A DNA stretch of 64,000 nucleotides from Negativicutes bacterium (lineage in GTDB: Bacteria > Bacillota > Negativicutes > UBA1444), in contig CAXXIN010000007.1 of the NCBI GenBank assembly GCA_963665275.2, forward strand, positions 128,001 to 192,000, in the 5' to 3' direction. Both the position numbers and the translations under genes were made by a program. How positions within the stretch are numbered: the first letter of the stretch is position 1; every line of letters starts with the position of its first letter. A model generated the notes under the pieces. That model made no database searches. It was not told the origin of the DNA and was given only the letters and a program-made list of their open reading frames with translations. This document shows, in pieces, positions 41,494-51,029 of the stretch.

Positions 41494-43000
41494 TTAAATT
41501 TCACTGTCACCCTCGATTCCTTTGTCTTTTGACCCTAAATATATGCTAACCACAATAATGGTAATGGCGATAATCAACAACGTTGCGGAAATCGGTCGCT
41601 GGAAAAATCCCAGAAAATTGCCGTTGAAAATGGTCAAGAGATTTCATCAGCGAGCTTTCCAAAATCTTGCCGAGCACAAAGGTCAGCAGAACCGGTCCCA
41701 GCGGAAATTGCGCTTTTTTCATGAAATAACCCAGAATTCCAAACACCAGCATCATGCCGACATCAAACAAGCTGTTATTAATACTGTAGGCGCCCAGTAT
41801 CATAATAATCATTATATTGGGCAACATAATTTTGAATGGCACCCTGGTGAGTTGAGCCCACATATTGGCCATCGGCAGATTCATAACCAACAGCATTGCA
41901 TTGCCGATGAACATGCTGGCAATAACGCCCCAGACGAATTCCGGATTTCTTTGCATCAACGTCGGTCCGGGCGTCAATCCGTGCATGATAAAAGCCCCCA
42001 GCAATACGGCAATCGAAGGTGAGCTGGGAATCCCGAGCGTAAACAGGGGGATCAGCGCCGCGCCGGCATACGCATTGTTGGCGGTTTCCGGTCCCGCCAC
42101 TCCTTCGATGGCCCCTTTCCCAAATCGGGAAGGATCAGCTGCTATTTTTTTCTCGATGGAGTAGCTGAGAATTGTCGGAATCACTGAATTGGTTCCGGGA
42201 ACCAAGCCTAGCAGTACGCCTATGCCGCTGCCTCGTAGAATCGCTTTTAACGAAGGACCCCACTCTTCACGTCGCGGCATCATATTTTGTATTTTAGGAA
42301 TTTTTGCAGCCTGGGTATTCAAATTTTCTTCCGCAGTCATAAATATCTCAGAGAGGCCGAACAATCCCATCGCCAGAGATACAAACTCGAGTCCGTCTTC
42401 TAAATTTTCCTGGCCAAAAGCAAATCGAATGCTTCCTGTCAGCGGGTCCATTCCCACAAATGCCAGTGTCAAACCAAAGAGAGCGGCAATCAATCCCCGA
42501 AGCAAGGATTTACCCATCAAGCCAATCAACAGAGACAATCCGACCACCACAAGGGCGAAGTATTCCGGCGGACCAAACTTGAGCGCCTGAGATGCCACTA
42601 TGGGCCCCACGAGAATCAAGATAGCGAGAGCGATCATGCCCCCGATGAAGGATCCAATCGCTGCGACTCCGAGTGCGGTTCCCGCCCTTCCCTGTCTGGC
42701 CATTGGATATCCATCCATGCAAGTGATCAGAGAAGCTGATTCACCCGGTACGTTGATCAACACGGAGGTAATCGTCCCACCATACATTGCGCCATAATAA
42801 ATCCCGGACAACATGATGACCGCCGAAACCGGCTGCATGCCAAAAGTCAAGGGTAACAGAAGAGCTGTGCCTGCAGTCGGCCCCAGTCCCGGCAACACGC
42901 CAACAAACATTCCGAAGCTTACCCCCACCAGTGAGTAAAGCAAATTCCATCCGCTGCATGCCGTTTCAAAACCGTGCAACAAGTAGCCAAAACTTTCCAT
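41494..43000 (-). CDS. tctA: Tripartite tricarboxylate transporter permease TctA, +1 frameshift near 41638
   Basis: GVLPGLG, YYGAMYGG, PETANNA, GIP; the normal tail FFQRPISATLLIIA lies in another frame. Confidence 0.88.
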
Positions 43001-43012
43001 AGCGTTTCTCCT

Positions 43013-43462
43013 TTACCACCCAAATTCATTGACAGGCAATGGCACTGTCAGTACAGAACCGAAAACGAAGAACAATATGCCAGTCACGAGGATGGAAAGA
43101 CACAGGCCTCTCCGCCATGTATATCCCCGGGAAAACAGAATGAACAACATGGCTATGCTGGATATCGTGAATCCCAGATAGGGAACCGTAACGATAAACA
43201 GAGCGTAAGCGCCGACGCAGCTTAACACGTTAATCAAGCCAGTCCCTTTAGGCAAAATATCAGCAAAAGATTTGTTGTTCTTTTTCAACGCCGCGATAAG
43301 ATTTACCGCAGACAAAACCACCATCATGCCGCTGATCCACACTGGCAATAAGCCAGGGCCCGGACCATATTCGCCATAATACTTCATGGATGACGCCAGC
43401 TGAAATATAATGGCACCAAACAGGATAAAGAAACCACTGATGTATACTTCAAGGCTCTTCAC
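43013..43462 (-). CDS. tctB: TctB-family small membrane subunit
   Basis: GPGPGLLP, LGF, L.VPLP; four transmembrane segments; upstream of tctA. Confidence 0.88.
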   Translation of the reverse strand: MKSLEVYISGFFILFGAIIFQLASSMKYYGEYGPGPGLLPVWISGMMVVLSAVNLIAALKKNNKSFADILPKGTGLINVLSCVGAYALFIVTVPYLGFTISSIAMLFILFSRGYTWRRGLCLSILVTGILFFVFGSVLTVPLPVNEFGW

Positions 43463-43485
43463 TGGCTGCCCCTCCCTCGTACTAT

Positions 43486-44184
43486 TTACCGGCAATATCC
43501 ATCAATCAATTCACACCCGCGGGCTTTTAAATCCCGATCAATCCATGCTTTATCTCTTGTTCCCGCTTCAATAGCCCGAAAGATTTCCTGTTCTTTCTGA
43601 AACTTGGCCTGGGCTTTTACCAGAATCTCTGAAGCATCTTGGGGAGTGATCACGACGATACCGTCTGCGTCACCCACGATAATATCGCCGGGGTTTACCA
43701 CCACGCCACCGCAGCAGATCGGCACGTTGATTTCGCCGGGGCCGTCTTTATAAGGACCTTTGGGCGTAACCCCGGCTGCATATACAGGCATGTCCATCTC
43801 GTGCAGGGCCTGTGCATCCCGAACGGCGCCGTCGATGACCACGCCGGCCAGGCCTTTCTTGCGGGCCTCTGTCATCATGATTTCTCCGGTGATCGCATTC
43901 ACCAAATCTCTCTGTGCATCGACCACGATCACATCACCCGGCTGTGCCATGTCAATAGCCTTGTGCAACAGAAGGTTGTCAGCCGTACGTGTCCTAACAG
44001 TGAAGGCCGTTCCCAGCAGCAATGCTTTATTCATGGGCTTGATGCAAGCGTCCATGCAGAAAAACCGGTTCATTTCATCCGCGATATTGGCTACTGGCAA
44101 ACCTTTAAAGCTGGCCACCAGCTCCGGGTTCGGGCGGTTAATTTTAGTATAGACACGAAATCCTACATTTGACATTTCGCTCAT
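43486..44184 (-). CDS. RraA/HMG aldolase family protein
   Basis: ANIADEM, DNL..H, GEIM, DGAVRD, PGDIIVGDADG. Confidence 0.9.
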   Translation of the reverse strand: MSEMSNVGFRVYTKINRPNPELVASFKGLPVANIADEMNRFFCMDACIKPMNKALLLGTAFTVRTRTADNLLLHKAIDMAQPGDVIVVDAQRDLVNAITGEIMMTEARKKGLAGVVIDGAVRDAQALHEMDMPVYAAGVTPKGPYKDGPGEINVPICCGGVVVNPGDIIVGDADGIVVITPQDASEILVKAQAKFQKEQEIFRAIEAGTRDKAWIDRDLKARGCELIDGYCR

Positions 44185-44237
44185 CTCTTTTCTGTTTTAT
44201 TTCTTTATTCTGGCGCCTCACGGTTTATGTATCCTGT

Positions 44238-45119
44238 TCACTGAGCGGGTTCTTCCCACGCTTTTACGACCTGCTGCCACTCTTTCGGCGTTTTTCCGCC
44301 GAATTTTTCCTTAATCTTTTTCCCAGCCAGCCAAATTAGCCGCTCATGTGTTGCTTGGGACATAATGGGCTTTACCTGAATGCTCTCCAACATCTCCACG
44401 ACGTTCTCCATCTCGTGCGCACGGCGCTCCGCGTGAACAGCGCTGCCGGTCACCAGCCGGTTCATCGTTTCTTCAAACGGACAGGCATTCATGGTAGCAG
44501 CGATTGATTTCAGGACAAGATGATCCACCTTCATCACGGAGGCTGCTTCCAGTACCTCTACCAATAACGCCGGCAATCCTTTCATGAAGATACTCCGCAC
44601 CAACTTGATCGCAGTCGCCTCCCCCGGAACGTCGCTGACTTTTTCCAAATCCATTCCGTACGGCGCCATCCGTTCGATGAACAGATCACTGCCGTTTCCG
44701 CTGACCAAGGTTGGCACCTTATTTTGATACAAGGTTAGTGAACCCAGCATGGCTCCGTCCGCGAACATTACGCCAGTTTCTTTGATTTCGTCCCAAATTT
44801 GCTGTTTGGTTTCCGGCGAGGAGGCAGACACATCTGCGTAGACCGTTCCACTTTTCAACAGACTTTTCTGTTGCCGGGCAGTTTCCAGTGCTTTCCCGCC
44901 CGGAACAGCCACGATGACGACATCTGCATTGTCCAGCACTGCCGCAGATGTGGTGCACATGGTCACTCCGGAGACGCGGACCCTTTCCGCCACCAGCGAG
45001 CCGTAAACAGGATGGTCCTGGAGTACGTCATATGCCAGTATTTCTGTTAGGCCTGCTGCGCCGAACCCTTTGGCCATTTCAAAGCCGACTTCGCCGAATC
45101 CGATAAACCCAAGTTTCAT
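44238..45119 (-). CDS. NAD(P)-dependent oxidoreductase (beta-hydroxyacid dehydrogenase-like, DUF1932 type)
   Basis: GFIGFGEVG, KLVRSIFMKG, HAERRAHEM. Confidence 0.85.
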   Translation of the reverse strand: MKLGFIGFGEVGFEMAKGFGAAGLTEILAYDVLQDHPVYGSLVAERVRVSGVTMCTTSAAVLDNADVVIVAVPGGKALETARQQKSLLKSGTVYADVSASSPETKQQIWDEIKETGVMFADGAMLGSLTLYQNKVPTLVSGNGSDLFIERMAPYGMDLEKVSDVPGEATAIKLVRSIFMKGLPALLVEVLEAASVMKVDHLVLKSIAATMNACPFEETMNRLVTGSAVHAERRAHEMENVVEMLESIQVKPIMSQATHERLIWLAGKKIKEKFGGKTPKEWQQVVKAWEEPAQ

Positions 45120-45163
45120 CTTTTTCCCTCCCATTTGTAAGGTCATGTTATGAGCCGATTTCA

Positions 45164-46312
45164 CTATAACTCCAGGCTCCGGTAAAGCACTTTGCCACGG
45201 CTTACCGTTAATTGAGGAATCAGCAATTGATTGCAGGCGAGAGATTGGCCCGTAACGTCTGTGAAGGCAACCTGCTTTTCCACCAGCCGAAAAACTGCAA
45301 CATCGGCGCAAGCTCCCGGAATCAGCGTCCCCAGTTTACCTTCCATTCCGATCATCTTCGCAGGAATCGCCGTGCATGCTTTTACGACAGCATCCAGTGG
45401 AATGCCCAATGCCAGATATTTGGACATGATGAGCGGCAACCCGAAAACCGCCTGCTCGTAAACATTACCGCCGGTCAGGTCCGTGCTGATGATATCCGGC
45501 GCAAATCCGTCCGCCAGAGCTGTTTTGGCCACATCCAACGCATAATGACCTCTACCATCCGCCGTGTCAAATAGTACGCCCCGTTTCCTGGCCCGATGTA
45601 CTGCCACATCCACTTTTCCCATATTATTGATTATGGACCTGCCTTTTCCCTGGTACATGTGTGTAAATACATCTCCTGGCCGCAAAAGGTCCGCCAGTTT
45701 TCCCACAGCATCCGGAGGATTTGTCGTATGCACCACTACCGGGCAACCGATCTCCTCCGCCATTCGAATCGTTTCTTTCAATGGCATCAATCCGAAGTCG
45801 CCGACGATTTCAAGGCTCTGTCGAATTTTCAGACCGAGCACCCTGCCAGCATACTTTTGGAACAGCGCACGCGTACGCTCCAGATCATACAGAACCGGAT
45901 CAACAACCTCGGAGCTCGACGGCAATGATTCCAATCCGGCCTTGGCCACATGCAGATGGCAATAAATCCGGGTTTGACTGTGTGCCACAACGGTGTCAAA
46001 AAAAAGATCAACGTTAGAAACGCCAGCGCTCCCCTGATCCACCGCCGTTGTGACTCCCTGTGGCAAAAGAGCCAGATCGGGGGCCGCGCCGATACGGGTT
46101 CCGCCATAAAACAGATGCGTATGATAATCAATCAGACCTGGGAAAACATAACAGCCTGTAGCATCAATCACTTGGGCGGCGTCTATCCGCTCACCCGGCG
46201 GCGTCGCTACAGTTTCGCCGTTTTTGATCAGCACATCCGCCAGGCCGTGAAAGTTCGCCGCAGGATCGATTACCGTGCCCCCTCTGATTAACAAATCGCC
46301 TTGAGTGCCCAC
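45164..46312 (-). CDS. Amidohydrolase/deacetylase-family metallohydrolase
   Basis: PGLIDYHTH, GVTTAVDQGSAG, GLKIR, TH, ISTD. Confidence 0.88.
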   Translation of the reverse strand: MGTQGDLLIRGGTVIDPAANFHGLADVLIKNGETVATPPGERIDAAQVIDATGCYVFPGLIDYHTHLFYGGTRIGAAPDLALLPQGVTTAVDQGSAGVSNVDLFFDTVVAHSQTRIYCHLHVAKAGLESLPSSSEVVDPVLYDLERTRALFQKYAGRVLGLKIRQSLEIVGDFGLMPLKETIRMAEEIGCPVVVHTTNPPDAVGKLADLLRPGDVFTHMYQGKGRSIINNMGKVDVAVHRARKRGVLFDTADGRGHYALDVAKTALADGFAPDIISTDLTGGNVYEQAVFGLPLIMSKYLALGIPLDAVVKACTAIPAKMIGMEGKLGTLIPGACADVAVFRLVEKQVAFTDVTGQSLACNQLLIPQLTVSRGKVLYRSLEL

Positions 46313-46518
46313 TTACAAGTCACCTCTTTTTTGAAAAATTTTAATCATATTATAAATTTATGTAATTTTTATTACTTTTATTATAGTAACACATCTATGC
46401 CTTTGTAAAGAGCTTTATTGAATTATTCAAAAAAATAAGAAAAATATTATTCGCACGCATAAGCTGTGAATAATATAAAAAACCGGAAAATAATTTAGTA
46501 TCCAAAAAATCAAAGTAG

Positions 46519-46935
46519 TCAGTTGACTGCAGTCTGTCGCAGCTTTTCGGATTCTTTCGCCCATGCTGGAAGTGATGAACACAATACCTTGACGGAATCC
46601 GAAGGCGCAAACACGCCCTCATCGCTTTGTAATGTCTGGCAAATCCCCAATATCCATCCTACAGTCGGGGTTTTAGGCATCTCAGCCCACCACGCCAGCT
46701 GGTTTTTCTGTAGTATTTTGGCCCAAGACTCCAATAGGAGATACAGATTAGCAAAACCATGGTCTGCAATCCACTTAATTTCTGTTTTCACTTTTGCGCG
46801 AATAGCTTCAGCATGAGTATCGGATCCAAGGTCACTTAACTTCTGAAATATCTGGCTTTCTAAAAACCCCTGCGACTGGTTCTTATCAATTGGACTGGCC
46901 AAAAATAAAACAGCCACTGTCTCTGCCACCTCCAC
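46519..46935 (-). CDS. Hypothetical protein with weak DnaE/PolC palm-like segment
   Basis: EIKWIADHGFANLYL...VGWILGI resembles ELxxIxxxGFAxxYL...LGIT. Confidence 0.4.
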   Translation of the reverse strand: MEVAETVAVLFLASPIDKNQSQGFLESQIFQKLSDLGSDTHAEAIRAKVKTEIKWIADHGFANLYLLLESWAKILQKNQLAWWAEMPKTPTVGWILGICQTLQSDEGVFAPSDSVKVLCSSLPAWAKESEKLRQTAVN

Positions 46936-47043
46936 TGCTGACTATTGAGTCGATTTGACTTCAATATAGCAAGGTAGCAAGACACATGACTGTCCTCAAG
47001 TTCACGAATGCTTTCCCTTTGAAGTTTGGAAAGTTTTACAGTT

Positions 47044-47358
47044 CTAGCTGTTACACCGATCACAACTGTTATTAGCATCAAGAATACGAGTAATCGCCTC
47101 ATCGAGGTCGATACTGAAATATCCATGAACCAGAACATTGCGCATGCCGATCATCTTAGACCATGGCAACTCTGGATATTGCAGCTGTAAATCTACTGGA
47201 ACCTTAGCAGCTGCTTCACCAAGCATCCGCAGATTATGCACAACATAATTCTGTATCAGTTCATCGGAAACAAAAGCAAGCCGCCCGCGCTCAGCATATT
47301 TTTCAATCCGCTTGATCGCTTCCAGCATATCGAAGAAGCGTTCATTAACATCTCTCAC
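47044..47358 (-). CDS. HepT-like (DUF86/HEPN) RNase toxin with altered C-terminus
   Basis: GEAA, PELPW, RNVLVHGY (RX4HXY). Confidence 0.85.
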   Translation of the reverse strand: MRDVNERFFDMLEAIKRIEKYAERGRLAFVSDELIQNYVVHNLRMLGEAAAKVPVDLQLQYPELPWSKMIGMRNVLVHGYFSIDLDEAITRILDANNSCDRCNS

Positions 47359-47645
47359 AAAGTCACCGTCTCGTTGAGCACACGCGCACGGATACGGTCC
47401 CTCAACCCTCGCTCAGTGACCACATCAACCTTTGTATTCAACAACTTTTCAAGATCGATCAACAGACCACCAAGATCTAGCAAGCTACGTCCCGGCTCCA
47501 TGTCGACCAGGAAGTCGATATCACTGTCCGCATCATCCTGACGGCGAGCAACAGAGCCAAAAACGCGAACCCTACGGTCCCCATACTGTTCGGCCATTTG
47601 CAATATTCTATCCCGATTCGGCATAACCACTTCATCCAGTTTCAC
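47355..47645 (-). CDS. MntA-like minimal nucleotidyltransferase antitoxin
   Basis: FGSVAR......SDIDFLV, KVDVV; 4-nt overlap with the HEPN gene. Confidence 0.9.
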   Translation of the reverse strand: MKLDEVVMPNRDRILQMAEQYGDRRVRVFGSVARRQDDADSDIDFLVDMEPGRSLLDLGGLLIDLEKLLNTKVDVVTERGLRDRIRARVLNETVTL

Positions 47646-47738
47646 AACAATCACCTGCCTGATCACTCACGTTACAAATTTATTGTAGCATACGAACCTC
47701 TCAACTCGGGCATCCGCATTTCACTCCGGACAACAAGG

Positions 47739-47809
47739 TCACTTCAACAGTTGCAAGGCACCCTCGTTCTGCTTGTTTGCCTGTGCCAATATGTCCAGGC
47801 CAGAATATT
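47739..47809 (-). pseudogene. Flagellin 3'-end remnant
   Basis: NILA, frameshift, ILAQANKQNEGALQLLK* resembles the flagellin end NILxQA..MLAQANQ.PQ.VLQLL. Confidence 0.65.
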
Positions 47810-47825
47810 CTATAATGAAAATATA

Positions 47826-48560
47826 TCAGAATCTCTGCAACCGCAGCGGCAGTTCAAGCCGACAACCTGCCAACAGTTCCTCATTACGCAGCAGCTCGCA
47901 AGTCGGCCCGTCCGCCACCACTCTGCCATTTTGCAAAACAATAGTCCGTTCGCAGACGTCCATGGCAAAATCCAAATCGTGAGTGGCGATGATCTGGGTG
48001 TGGTTGAAATTTTGCAGCAATCCTATCAACTGGCGGCGGCTCCATGGGTCAAGTCCTGAAGTTGGTTCATCCATCAGCAGGATGTCCGGCGTCATCGATA
48101 ATACGGACGCGATGGAAACCGCCCGCTTTTCACCGGTGGAAAGACGATGGGACGACCTACGGCTCAAATGCGCGGCGGCAACGGTTTCCAGCGCAGTTTT
48201 CACGATTTCCTGCGTCTGTTCTGTGGAGAAGCCCAAGTTCAGGGGACCGAACGCAACATCATCGAATACGGTCGGCATGAACAACTGATCGTCCGGATTC
48301 TGGAATACCATCCCGATTCGCCGCCGGATATCCGCTGCTGCCCGAGGTGTCATCTCCAGCCCACCCACATTGACCGAACCGCTCGTCGGAAAAACGATTC
48401 CCACCAGCAGCGAAAGCAACGTTGATTTCCCGGCCCCATTGCCGCCGATCAGCGCAACCGATTCCCCATGAGTAATCAGAAAAGAAACCCCCTGAAGGGC
48501 CTCTGTGTTATCCGGATAATTGTACCGGACGTCTTGCATGGCAATCGTGTGATGACTCAT
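47826..48560 (-). CDS. cbiO: ECF transporter ATPase
   Basis: GGNGAGKST, FQNPDDQLF, LSTGEK, MDEPT. Confidence 0.92.
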   Translation of the reverse strand: MSHHTIAMQDVRYNYPDNTEALQGVSFLITHGESVALIGGNGAGKSTLLSLLVGIVFPTSGSVNVGGLEMTPRAAADIRRRIGMVFQNPDDQLFMPTVFDDVAFGPLNLGFSTEQTQEIVKTALETVAAAHLSRRSSHRLSTGEKRAVSIASVLSMTPDILLMDEPTSGLDPWSRRQLIGLLQNFNHTQIIATHDLDFAMDVCERTIVLQNGRVVADGPTCELLRNEELLAGCRLELPLRLQRF

Positions 48561-49372
48561 CCAAAAACTCCCCTGAATAATGTCTCCAAACGTTCTGGAA
48601 TGTTAATAAATCGGGCGCAGACGATGAAAGCCGTCCAACCCGCCAGATAACAAAAGGAACCGGCGTTCACGCTCGCCGGGCGGAGAAAACGAATTTCGCC
48701 GGTAAACCCCCTACAGAGCATCGAGTCGTATATTTTTCGCGCCCGGCCAAAAGTGCGGATCAGGAGCCCTCCTGCCAGCGAACCCCATACTTTGGGCGCA
48801 ACGCCGCGTCTGTGTCCGCCGGAGCGCAGCAAATAGGCCTGCTCGATCCGGTAGGCTTCCTCCAACAGCAGACTCAGATACCGATAAAGCAGGAGCAGTT
48901 GCAAAACCAAAATACGCGGCACTCCCGCCCGCATCAGGACGGCGCATATATCATGGATCCCCGTAGTCGCCACGAGGGCCAGCACGGCCATAACCGCCAG
49001 CAAGAACCTCAGTATAATGGACGCAAAAGAAACCCAGCCCCCTGCAATCGCCACCCCTCCCAACGTGAGCAAAGGCGCCCGATCCAGGAAAGGATTGGCG
49101 ATCGCCACGAGTAAGATGAACGGTGCGAGAAACAGCATCCGTTCGGCAAAATACCCCAGCGGCAGTCGACCCATAATGATCACCGCAACAGGATAGATCA
49201 CCAAGGGCAGCAGTCCTGCCACCTCATATTTGGCATAGGAAGCGACGATGATCAGATAGACCATCGTTGTAATGATTTTCACCGCCGGATGCAGGCGGTG
49301 AATGGTGGAATCCATCTGGGCCAGATCATCCAGACGGCGAAAATGATCGAGGTGCGCTTGAAGTCGTTGCAT
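48557..49372 (-). CDS. cbiQ: ECF transporter T component
   Basis: IHRLHP..K, YRYL, LRS, M.CRGF. Confidence 0.92.
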   Translation of the reverse strand: MQRLQAHLDHFRRLDDLAQMDSTIHRLHPAVKIITTMVYLIIVASYAKYEVAGLLPLVIYPVAVIIMGRLPLGYFAERMLFLAPFILLVAIANPFLDRAPLLTLGGVAIAGGWVSFASIILRFLLAVMAVLALVATTGIHDICAVLMRAGVPRILVLQLLLLYRYLSLLLEEAYRIEQAYLLRSGGHRRGVAPKVWGSLAGGLLIRTFGRARKIYDSMLCRGFTGEIRFLRPASVNAGSFCYLAGWTAFIVCARFINIPERLETLFRGVFG

Positions 49373-49397
49373 GCGTACCCTTTCTGTTGTTAAGAGT

Positions 49398-50405
49398 TTA
49401 TTGCGCGTTACGTTTAACCAGGGCGCGACAGCCGACGCCGACCGCTCCCGCCAATAGCAGCGTCAGGGAAGCGCCAATGAGTCCGGCGGCGGAGGTGCTG
49501 GCACTCTTTCCTTCACCTGATCCCAGCGCCGCGACCTGATAATCAGGAAACTTCGCGATTTTTTCCTGCCAGGCTGCCAATGTCGCATGAACTGGACTGG
49601 TATTCTCAACTTCTGCCTGGCCGGAAGTTTTCTGCACGGCCCATTCGAGCCCATCGGGATTGGTTGAAGCGAACCAGGAGAGCATTCCGGCAGTCAACGC
49701 AGCTGCGATCGCCACAGTAAAAATAACCCTGCGCATCGGCGAGGAATTCGCCCCGGCAATCGGTGTACTCATCGGGAAAAGTCCCGGTGCTTCCTTCCAA
49801 ACATAAGACAAAACCGCTGAAGTCACTGCGGCTTCCACCAGACCGATCACCAGATGGATCGGCAGCATAAACAGGGCAAACGTCTGAAACGGCAGTTCCG
49901 AGATGCCGGAAAGCATCGTCTCGGTGACTACCCCAAGGGCGCCCAACTGCAATCCGACCACCGTAGCCACGGTCACAGCGATGTTCCTCCGCAGTTGCGA
50001 GGAATACTCCCCTGTGATCTTCCTGTAAATTAGTGGATAAGCGATAAAACAAGGAAAAAAGGCCAGATTGATAATATTGCAGCCGAGCGCCAGCAAGCCC
50101 CCGTCTGCAAACAGCAGCGCCTGAATCGTCAAAATCGACGCCATGGTCAGGAATCCCGCATAAGGACCGAGCAGCACCGCCAAGAGCATGCCGCCGCCCA
50201 AATGCCCGCTAGATCCTGTACCAGGAATGGCAAAGTTGATCATCTGCGCAGCAAAGACAAAAGCCCCGAGCACTCCCATCAGTGGAGCTTTTTGCGCGTG
50301 GAACTCCGGTCCGATTTTCTTGGCCGAATAATAGGTGAGCGCCGCACCGGCAGTCCACAGAGTGCCGCCGACAGCCGGAGAGATGAGGGCGTCCGCCATA
50401 TGCAT
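49398..50405 (-). CDS. cbiM: Ni/Co ECF S component CbiM/NikM fused to a PDGLE domain
   Basis: N-terminal MHMAD, SSGHLGG, ASTNPDGLEW. Confidence 0.92.
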   Translation of the reverse strand: MHMADALISPAVGGTLWTAGAALTYYSAKKIGPEFHAQKAPLMGVLGAFVFAAQMINFAIPGTGSSGHLGGGMLLAVLLGPYAGFLTMASILTIQALLFADGGLLALGCNIINLAFFPCFIAYPLIYRKITGEYSSQLRRNIAVTVATVVGLQLGALGVVTETMLSGISELPFQTFALFMLPIHLVIGLVEAAVTSAVLSYVWKEAPGLFPMSTPIAGANSSPMRRVIFTVAIAAALTAGMLSWFASTNPDGLEWAVQKTSGQAEVENTSPVHATLAAWQEKIAKFPDYQVAALGSGEGKSASTSAAGLIGASLTLLLAGAVGVGCRALVKRNAQ

Positions 50406-50593
50406 CAAAATCACTCCCAAAAATAAAAATAGCCACGACGTCGCATCCCTGATTCATCAGGAAATGTGACCTTCGTAGCCACAACTATACCGGGAATATT
50501 CAATCGAACCAACCTGTAACCGTTCACAGCAAATCGAGAAACGCCTTCTGGCGAATCGGCCGACAACTTCAGTTGACGGCCCTCTCGACAAAT

Positions 50594-50953
50594 TTAGTCT
50601 TCGTATACACGGGATGGAGCACTGGACCAGAGTTTTTCCAGATTGTAAAACTGGCGTTCCTCATCAACGAAGATATGCGCCACTACAACGCCAAAATCAA
50701 GCAAAACCCAGCGCGCTTCCCGATACCCTTCCTTGTGCAGGCACTGCACCCCTGCAGCCTCCATCTTCTCTTCGACCGCATCGGCGATCGACTGAACATG
50801 GGGCGTCGACGTTCCACTGGCGATGAGAAAAAAGTCCGTAACCGGGAATACCTTCTGCATGTCCATGATGACGATCTGTTGGGCTTTCTTTTCACTTGCG
50901 GCGGCTGCCGCTATTTCCACTATCTCTGATAAACTCTTTTCGACTTCGGTCAT
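50594..50953 (-). CDS. rsfS: Ribosome silencing factor
   Basis: EKKA, DFFLIASG, WVLLDFG..VAHIF, FYNLEKLW. Confidence 0.96.
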   Translation of the reverse strand: MTEVEKSLSEIVEIAAAAASEKKAQQIVIMDMQKVFPVTDFFLIASGTSTPHVQSIADAVEEKMEAAGVQCLHKEGYREARWVLLDFGVVVAHIFVDEERQFYNLEKLWSSAPSRVYED

Positions 50954-51029
50954 CCTCTGCCTCCTCACGGTTCGGGGATAAAATCCCTCAATACTATTAT
51001 ATATGCTTTCCCTGGCCCATGCCAGCGGA

